DNA of 31,429 nucleotides from Seison nebaliae (Eukaryota): NCBI GenBank assembly GCA_023231475.1, contig JALJEE010000685.1, positions 62,001 to 93,429 of the forward strand, read 5' to 3'. Shown piece by piece: positions 22,687 to 31,429 of this stretch (position 1 is its first letter; each line of letters starts with the position of its first letter). The notes under the pieces were generated by a model. It saw only the letters and a program-made list of their open reading frames with translations, ran no database searches and was not told where the DNA came from. The position numbers and the translations under genes were made by a program.

Positions 22687-23619
22687 GATATTTCAAGGAA
22701 TTAAGAGGCAAATCATATTTTATGATATTATCATAAATCATATATTCATACATTTATTGGACATTCATGATTTAATGACGTAATGATTAAAATAAAATGA
22801 ATCATAATTTTATTCGAAAATATTCGTCTTTTTTTGATAATAACATCATATTACGACATTATATTTAATGAAGAATGTTCTTCAAATTTATCAACAATAT
22901 ATAAAATATTTACTCTCATTATTGCGCAACATAACATTGTTAATGAATCATTGTTATGAACATTTTGGTTAGATCCCATTATTACTTAAATGAGATACAT
23001 TTCGTTGAATCCATTTGAATTTAATTTCGTACGAACAATAATTTTATGAAATTAAGTTTTTTTCACTCTCACATGACATAGCAATTTGTTTTATGACGGA
23101 TAATTATAATATTCTTCCCTAGAAATGGTAAGTTCTTAATAACCGCAAAATTTTTTAACATAACATACTATATATACTATTTTTAAAAATTAATAAAATG
23201 TCCATTTTTTCTGTCCGTTTATCTGAAACTTCTGTGCGGAAAGTTTCATTAATGTCGCAGTTAAGTGAAGTAATAATTTTCATACTGTTAATAGCACTAA
23301 ATGCGCACTTAAAAGGGCACAGGTTTTTGAAAGCACATACACTGATTAATGTTTAATCTATATTTTAAATTTGACATTTAAGCAAAGAAAAAAAGAAAAT
23401 TATATGTATAGAATTAAACATAATAAGATTTTATTCTCTGTGAAATCGAAATTTTAATGTGAAACAAAAAAATGTATTTCTAAGATTGGTCAATTATCTA
23501 GTGGAATCTGCATTCAAATCAGTAATAAACTAACTAAAATCAAATGGATTCAGTTTAGAAAAAATGAAGTTGATCATAGAATAAACTTTATAAGTTTTTA
23601 GGGTTTCATCTTCCCCATT

Positions 23620-24534
23620 TTAACCACCTCTATCTGCGGCTATATAAATCGTTACTATTATGAATGGTTATTAAATGCTAACCGCATTTATCGACTTCTT
23701 GACCGAAAATTGCAGTCGATGGATTTTGACAGCCTTGAGGCCCTCCGTTCAGAACTCGAGCATATACACTGCATGATAATGGATCATGTCCAGCACAATA
23801 TTTACCTTGAATTTATAATCATTTCTTGTTTAAGTCCAGAAGAGTTTAGACAAACCGTAGCGTTGCATATATGCTTTTATACATTGATCAGAACAAGTTC
23901 TGTCTACTGCGCATTCCTCAAAACCTAATAGTGTTCACGTATACAATTGATAACAAATTCTGAGATACCAAGAAATAAGCTTAACTGTTTCCTGGTCTTC
24001 CACAATCAACATAAAAAGGTTCAGATATCTGATAATAACCACATCCAGATGGCTTACATTTTAATGGTTTACATTCACTTTTCTTTTCACACATACAATC
24101 AAGACATTCTTGTGATAAGTCACCGGATGTTAGACTTGGAACTGCTGCAGGTTTTGGAGCTTGGTAATTGTTGCTACCTTGGCTATTTGTTGCTATAACA
24201 CTTAAAGATTCTTTTAATTAAACAGTAAACACAATTGATTTATTGAATAAAGTTCTAACCATCGACAGGGTCTTCGGAAGGGTTGTAATCAACTCCAACT
24301 TTTTCAACTAGAAATTAAATTATAATAAAATATTTGTTAAAACATTATCTAACGACATTCTCTGCATTCATCGGAATTGCATTTAACATCACAGGTACAA
24401 TCAGAGCATTCGTCTTTGAAAGCACATTCTGTCGATTTGAAGAAAATGACTAAAAATCAATAAGGTTAATTTAAAATACAGTAACAAATTGAACCATTGA
24501 ACAAGCAGAAATAAAATGCTACGTGAGTCCACAT
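23620..24534 (-). CDS. Secreted invertebrate-type (i-type/destabilase family) lysozyme-like protein, ~206 aa; exons 24534-24495, 24449-24354, 24307-24260, 24210-23986, 23924-23856, 23805-23683, 23639-23620
   Basis: Missed by the ORF track. After a signal peptide the spliced protein reads ECLDCMCEKKSECKPLKC..CGYYQISEPFYVDCGRPG.SFEECAVDRTCSDQCIKAYMQRYG.YC...CSVYARVLNGGPQGC, the i-type lysozyme Cys framework. All six introns are phase 1. Confidence 0.9.
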
Positions 24535-25479
24535 TTTTTCTCAAATATGATGTTGAAGATAATAAAATCAACTGAAAAACCTTTGAATTTATATATTTCC
24601 CTATTCGATAAATATGGCAACTGTTTTAATTAAAACATACTGAAGTTCACATTCCTTCAAAGTTGATGTAACGTTAAAATTGTTTTCAATTAACTTTATC
24701 GCATTTTTTAATAGATGGTATATCGGAACGATACTGGGCATGGAAGATTTTTGTTTTTTTGCTTGTCAATATTTATCGAGCACATTAGTTATATGTACAT
24801 CTAAATATTTATCAGTCGGTCAAAGTCATAGTTAGTCATTAAATGATGAAGACATTTAAGTATTTTCGAATTAGTATAACATTCAGTAACATTACAAGAC
24901 TTTAATCCAACAATTTTAATATCTTATTGCAAGAATTGTAACCACTGTCAAAATTATCATAATTAAGATGATTCTTAAAAGCAATCTCTGAACGATAAAT
25001 CAGAATTCATTTTCAACCTAGAAATGATTGTTAGTCTGAAAACATTGTGAAAGAGTTTGATAATCATCCAATGTGGTAATTTAATGAGTATTCAAAAGTA
25101 ATCGGAAAAAACTTAATTATTTTAAAAATGGTTTTATCATTTTTATAATAGCATTATATCCGTAAAAGAGTACACCGTAAGAATGATAACTTCAGAAAAA
25201 AAAAATTAAAGATTCATTCTCAAATAATTGATTAATTACCTAATTTTATTCTTCTTTATTGATTTTATTATTTTTGATAGTCGAAAATCCAATTTAAGTA
25301 GAATATATTATAAAATTTGTCAGTAAATGTGTCTTGTCAGTTTTGGAGAAGCTGGTTGTCTCTTTAAAAGAGAGTAACTACTTACTCGAGTAAGTAATCC
25401 ATTGGAATGGTGGAAGTGATGGCAAAAAATTTTCTGTCGTATATGATGAGATAGAGAACATCAAACATCAGACACTGCG

Positions 25480-25790
25480 CGATTAAATCGATAAGTTTCG
25501 TTTTGCATTGTGATCGAGACTGAATATTTTTTGCCGCCAAACTCTTCTTCAGCGTCGTCCATATATTTTCAATCAATTTGGAGAATACGGCGGCCAATCT
25601 ATTAATTCAAAATCTTTCGTTTTAAATAAATAATTCAATTAGCGTGAACGGTGACAAGAAGAGTTGTCCTGAAAATTCTTTCTGCAAAGTGCTGCGGCCA
25701 ATTTATTCTCTCGGTTGAAACTACGAATACCTCCTTAAATGCAGAAAAATTCTAACGCTATTATTTGTGAGAATTCACAATGATAGTTAA
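25480..25790 (-). mobile_element. Tc1/mariner-superfamily (DD34E-type) transposase relic; boundaries approximate
   Basis: The minus strand reads FQDNSSCHRSR*LNYLFKTKDFELIDWPPYSPN, then frameshifts to IENIWTTLKK, matching the Tc1 QDNAxxH...WPPxSPDLNPIENxW catalytic segment. Restoring a 7-nt deletion gives D-34-E spacing. No TIRs recognised. Confidence 0.8.
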
Positions 25791-26059
25791 GAGAATAAAA
25801 AACGCTACGCTTTCAATCCTCATAAAATAAAACTTACAATTGTATGATCAGAACAATTAAATTACTACAAAGATAATTTTCTTCAAATTTGATTTCTATT
25901 TTTATTTCAGAAGATGAATATCCAATGGAAATTTTCATAAAAAATAAGATTACATATTCTGCAGGGAAAATAGTACCACTAATTATTTTCAGAAATTTAA
26001 TTTAATTTGTTATCATTCTTGTTTAACAATGTCATGGTGGCTTGACCAGTGTAGTAGGT

Positions 26060-26532
26060 TTAGCCTTTCAACATACTAATACATTGCCATGTTCCTGGAC
26101 GATAAGCCATTTTCCTTTTTGTAAGTTTGGATAATAGATTGTCCTCTTTACTCGTTTGGAGACATTTGCTTGTTTTACGACATCCGCATGAAAAGAAACC
26201 CGGATATTTACAGGAAGCATTATCGGCGATGTATGGCCGACAAATGTCTATATTTAAACAATCATAACGAATCATGTAAGAATTAAAAAGACATCCTAAC
26301 TTTTATTTACCCATTTTTCGGGGTATAAAACATCTCGTTTGCTCATTATATAAGGATTATAATTAGTAATACAACAATGATCTGTAGGGCAATCATGATT
26401 ATCTTTACAAGTATTTGCACGGGACACTTGTACCTAAATAATATTTTTTAATCATTATTTTTCAACTTCTAAAGAAATACAAACGAAGGTCGTCAGACTC
26501 ATACATATGAAGATAAATGAAATCAATTGCAT
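26060..26532 (-). CDS. Secreted 10-Cys prokineticin/colipase-fold (AVIT/Dickkopf-CRD2-like) peptide precursor, ~122 aa; exons 26532-26485, 26433-26301, 26247-26060
   Basis: Signal peptide, then CKDNHDCPTDHCC...SKR...ICRPYIADNASCKYPGFFSCGCRKTSKC...WQC, giving the C-C-CC-C-C-CxC-C-C pattern. Confidence 0.75.
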
Positions 26533-26939
26533 CTTAAAAAACTTCTATGATTTTTTATCTTACGTTAGACCTCTAACTTTTATATTGAGATGTTGAATAA
26601 AGGTGTTAATTCATGGAAGCAGTTTATGGGAATGATACCTTACGAAATTCGTTAGTTTATGTAAAGTTAAAAGCAAATATTACCAAGTCGAGTAGAAATT
26701 AACTTGAAAAAATTTCTTTCATATCTTTTTTGTGTCTCCACCAACTGTTCTATACACTTCCTAATTATTAACATACTATAGAACTTCCTAAGGTGTTTTA
26801 ACAATGTTTATTTCTATAATTGTTTAACATTTCTTTACAACATGTTCAATATATTTAGGAATATTACATCTAACGAAATTTTCCGTTTAAATTGAAATAT
26901 AGAAAGATTATCGATGAATTTAGTTTTTCCATAACATTC

Positions 26940-27311
26940 TTACCAATCAATATCCATACCTACATTACCCTCATGTGTTCCCTTGACAGAGCCACCAGCC
27001 TTGCCTGTGGTATCGGATGATAAGCCAAATTGGTTGTTGACAGTCCCTTCAACCGATTGTTTAGAAGTGAACCCTGATCCGAAAGATCCTTCAGATGCGA
27101 AAGCTGCCTTTATACCATTCCACATTTTCATAACAAATCCGAGGATTTTCATAAGCATTCCACCACCTTCACTTTTCTCATTGGGCTGAAAATGAGAATT
27201 AATTAAAATTTTTCAAAATATCTTACGACTAACATTATAAGGACCTGCTTCGACAATCGAAGTTGCACAGATAAAAGCAGCAAATATTGCGATCAATGAT
27301 AAATATTTCAT
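26940..27311 (-). CDS. Small secreted Gly/Ser-rich protein of unknown family, ~107 aa; exons 27311-27234, 27185-26940
   Basis: Clear signal peptide MKYLSLIAIFAAFICATSIVEA, a 48-nt GTTAGT...TTTCAG phase-0 intron in frame with ORF 26940-27158, and an upstream TATATAAAA near 27381-27389. Confidence 0.8.
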
Positions 27312-27871
27312 GATGAAGAATTGTAGATAAGAATAATCAAGTTTATTATATATAATATATCTTCCTTTCTACTAGATTTGTTTTATATACAAGAAGATAA
27401 TTGGAAAATTATGATGCTAATTACAATTGATGAAAATAATCAATTTCAGATAAAGGTTTTCACACTCCAATTTTATGATATTCCATTTGACTTCCACCTA
27501 ACATAGAGAACCACCAAATGAGAATTCTATGACTTGTTTATTTTTATTCAAAATTAAAGTTATTTGTCTCTGAAGTTTTTTCAAAACTCGAACTTTTTCA
27601 AATGTTCACGAAATTAATGTGCATATAATTAAATTAAATTAAGATACAATGTATGTAGACATCATAACTTGATCATTAAATTTACAAAAGAAAAAATATT
27701 CGACTTGAAATGCTATTTTGTTTAATATAGCTCCTCCAAACTAATGAAACGGAAACATGCATATTAAGTAACGTAGTACAAAGTCGAAAAGAAAAATTAG
27801 TTTAAAATTAAGTAATCTTCCTAACATTCCCACGGACAAACTAAAATAGGTTCTTTAATCATTTGAATAAT

Positions 27872-29359
27872 ATGAAGATTTTCATCTTCTTTCTATTCAT
27901 CTCAATCAGGTTAATTCGATCTGCGGAAAAAGATGAAGTTACCGAAGTTTTGAGTGATGATTTCTCAGGCTATAAAGTCGATTTAACTTCCGGTTCTTCG
28001 ATATTTGCCCAAAGTGATTTCGATCCGGAAGATGTTGACATGTCGCCAATACTACCAACTGAGGGTGATGTATTGGATGATGCATCTTATGACATTGGTG
28101 ACCAAGTGAAACAAGAGAGTAATATGGAAAGAAGTTCATTCTTTTCCAGTTTAGATGGAACTCCTGATGAAATGACGGTACAATTAAAAATTGGTTTGAA
28201 TGATAAAACTGTAATGGATGTTGAAGCGATTGATCGTGGTTATCGAGATGGACCGAAACTGTTAATAGATCATGAAGCGAAGAACGGTTTATTGGAAAAG
28301 AAAATTTATGAACAAGTTAAACTGATTGAAATAATTCCAAATTAAATATCTAATTAAATAGTACTATCATTTATATGAATTAGTTTCCCAAAAGGGTTTC
28401 GTTGTTCATGATATTGTTCGATATCGAGGAAAGAAGAAGAAAACCACAGTTTATTCATTAAACATTCTTCTTTTTAATTTTATTTAAAGTTCATGACTAT
28501 CCATTTACCAGGAGAAACGGTATCTGTAGTACCAGTACAATTCTTAACAGATAATTCAAACTCTGATGAAAGTGAAGAAGAAACGAAAGAAGCATCCCGA
28601 TATGCAGTCATGAGATCCTCCATGACAATGCCATCAGTGTTTAAGAGGAAGAAAGAAGCGAAAAGGAAAAGAAAAATGAAAAGAAGACGAAATCGTCGTA
28701 AAAACCGAAAAGGTAAAAATCGACACAATCGACCAAAACGATCAACTGAAGATATTGAAGCAGAGAATGAAGAAGACAAAATTGAACTGCCGATTGGTGG
28801 CTTTTGGAGTAAATGGATAAAAGATAAAGGTTTTTTTTTTATTTGTTAAACTATGTTTGGAAATAAAAAATTGTGATTGATACTCAGGTTGCAATCTACA
28901 ATGTGGGAAAAATACAAAATTTTTCAAATGGAGATACGTCAAAACTATTATGCCGTCACCTGATGATGTTTTAATAACTGATCGACCAGTTGTTAATTCA
29001 GCAACAATTTTCCATAACGTTCAAAAATTGAAGTTGCAAACTTCACCTTTTATTATCCAAATGAAATCGGTGAAGTGTAAAGTGCGAAGGAAATGTCGGA
29101 AACCGATTAGATCTCATCAAAATAGACGTTTAAAAGAACTACTAAATTTTATTTAAATATTCGTAAATATCTTCCATTGTTAGGTAAATGTCGATTGACA
29201 CCCAATGTTGGAATAAAGAAAATATGTCACGAGAACTTAGTGCGATATTTTTATGATTACAAATCGAACAAATGTAAAAAATTTAAATATTCCGGATGTG
29301 GTGGTAATGGCAATCGATATGCGTCAAAGAAAGAATGTCGTTCAAGATGTCGCACATGA
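27872..29359 (+). CDS. Secreted precursor: acidic pro-region, polybasic/furin linker, TSP1-like module and C-terminal Kunitz domain, ~417 aa; exons 27872-28315, 28395-28448, 28490-28829, 28888-29127, 29184-29359
   Basis: Four introns join four track ORFs in frame. Signal peptide MKIFIFFLFISIRLIRS, RPKR furin motif, GGFWSKW..GCNLQCGK..KWR (TSP1-like) and Kunitz RYFYDYKSNKCKKFKYSGCGGNGNRY...ECRSRC. The exon 2 acceptor is the least certain junction. Confidence 0.75.
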
Positions 29360-29430
29360 GAATTCATTAAAAATTAATAAATTTTATTATTCGAATTAAT
29401 TAATTTAGATGATGATTTTTTCTTGTGATT

Positions 29431-30777
29431 TTAACACACTAAATATGGTGGTCGATCTAACGTGATTCCATATCTATTTTTGAGAACTTTTGAAAGAATT
29501 TCCATTGATAAAATTTTTGTTTTTTCTTCCTTTTTTCCAATTTTCTTTTCTTTTTCCGATTTCGAATCGTTATCATCTGTACCTTCTTCGTCTTCTTTTC
29601 CTTCCTCTTTATTCGTTCCACTACCATTCGAACTATGTCCCTCATAATATCTCCACGAATCAGATATGATGTCAGTTATAAACTTTTGTGTACATAATGA
29701 GAGAAGTTTCAACACTCGAACATCTTCTGCTTTAATTCCATTTCTGATCGCTGCTTTTCGAACAAAATCCACTGGAATCTTTATGGGAAAAATAATTTTT
29801 GTAAAAAATTTATAAACAATTTTTAAAAAATTTGATTTCAAATGAATTTAAAATTAATGAAGTAAATGGAAAGACTATGAAGAAATTCTTTAAAAATTTC
29901 GACAAAATTCAATGTAAAAATTGTTCGAAGAAAGAGTAGTGGTTAATGAGAAGAAGATTCTAACTGTTGGATTAATATATTTCAACTTTTGCGTTATCGA
30001 ATGAATATCGAAATATTCATTGTTGTAGACTCTTTGTTGTTTCTTCGGTGTAAAACTTTCAGAAGGAGGAGGAGGAAGAGGAAGTGAACGTTTCGAATTA
30101 AACTGATTCATTTTCAATGATTCATTCCCATTTTGATTATTGAAATTTGATTTTAAATTACTTTGATGATCATTAAATTGTTGTTGTTGTTGAACTTTAT
30201 TCACTACATGATTATATCTAACAGAATTCTCCATTACATTATTGACAACAGGTAATCGATGGCGAGTATCATTAGACGGTACGCGAGATGATGTATTCAT
30301 TCTTGAATTAATTGAATGATGAGGAACATATGGATTGTCTTGAATATTATTCATAGGTGGTCGATTTGTATGTAAGTGCTGGAGCGAGATGTTATTACCA
30401 TTAAACATATGACCAGGGAAAGTAGGACGCATATTGGAATTTGGATGGAACAATTTTGGATCCACATTCATAGAATTCATATTTGAATGTGGCGTTTGTT
30501 GTCCAGATGGTATGGAATATGGCGAATGGTGATTATTATAATTGGCATTTGATGATCCCATGTTATTGGGATTACCACCAGTAGAATAATATTCAGCCAC
30601 AAACCGATTAGGAGGTATACCTCTCATACCCATATCCATATTACGATTAGGATTATTATCGTTGTTGTTATTGGCATTTGATATAACATGATTCGACGAT
30701 GATTGTTGTTGATGAGGTAATGGATCATTCGTCCGATATGGCATATTCATATTATTATTACGTCCGTTATGATTCAT
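29431..30777 (-). CDS. TAF10: TFIID/SAGA subunit TAF10 with a long low-complexity N-terminal extension, ~386 aa; exons 30777-29965, 29778-29431
   Basis: A 186-nt intron yields YINPT|IPVDFV...DVRVLKLLSLCTQKFITDIISD and LSMEILSKVL..YGITLDRPPY, matching the TAF10 histone fold (PTIPD...DPRIIRLISLAAQKFISDI; LTMEDL...YGINVKKPHY). Confidence 0.85.
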
Positions 30778-31429
30778 TCTATTTTATTACAATTAATTCG
30801 ATTAAGTTAATTAATTTCAATCTCAGCTACTTTTTTACATTTACTTTTCATTTCATTTCCTTTTTAGTGTAAAAAAAATTAATTTTACTGAATGATTTAT
30901 TGAAATGAAATGGAATATGAAATATGAATTTCGTTCACCTATTTTTAAGGAATTCAATTTATGGACAATATCGTTACATAGAACTGTCCTCTACAAAATT
31001 TTTATATAGAATTACGATCTGTCCCCCAATCCATCATTCGTCGAAGTTTAATAATATAACAATGATATTAATATATGAAAACAAACATTCCAAAATTTCA
31101 TATTTTATTTATTTCTTGTCAATTTTAGGCAGTAAATTTTTTAAAAAATCGAAAATATGAAGAAATAGAATGACCATTGAAATTCCCGATTGATCATTTT
31201 CAATATCTATCTTTAAATAATATAATCAGATTCATGGAATAGAAACTTAATTTAAGAACGAGAATGTAGAAGAATATTCAGATGTTTAAATTTGCCTTAA
31301 AGTGTTTAAACTTCAGTTCAGTTTCAATTGGTTTCATTTGTTATTTTGAATATTTGATTTGGAAATTTTAAAATAATCGAAATAGAATTTTGTAGAAATT
31401 TGAAAATTGAAACATTTGAGAAGAATTAT

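Noticed and set aside
22719..22737. Inverted repeat TTTATGATA-T-TATCATAAA upstream of the TRP-like gene
   Set aside because: Almost all A/T; expected by chance at this composition.
23710..24198. Plus-strand ORFs of 72 and 83 aa
   Set aside because: Antisense to the spliced lysozyme-like gene.
30924..31160. 78-aa plus-strand ORF upstream of TAF10
   Set aside because: No motif or supported splice partner; likely promoter or intergenic sequence, though an edge-truncated gene cannot be excluded.

Overview
This is eukaryotic, animal DNA: very AT-rich, gene-dense, with tiny introns (mostly 41-84 nt), so most ORFs in the track are exon fragments. I spliced the gene models by hand. Housekeeping and signalling genes are HPDL-like dioxygenase, a peptide-type class A GPCR, mitochondrial Hsp70 (with an upstream heat-shock element), Bax inhibitor-1, zeta-COP, an intronless calmodulin, an ankyrin/TRP-like channel and TAF10. 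Secreted genes are a two-domain Kazal inhibitor plus a run at 23.6-29.4 kb: an apparently catalytically dead i-type lysozyme, a 10-Cys prokineticin/colipase-fold peptide, a Gly-rich antimicrobial-like precursor and a propeptide-TSP1-Kunitz protein, with a Tc1 relic among them. The 9.6-14.8 kb block holds a cryptic, highly divergent USP-type protease, decayed gene pieces and a minisatellite. The most striking window-wide signal is splicing: 29 of 31 reconstructed coding introns start GTT rather than GTR, and 10 of 31 end AAG. The style suggests a compact-genome invertebrate (possibly spiralian, e.g. a syndermatan), but the organism cannot be fixed from this window. All exon structures are predictions without transcript data.
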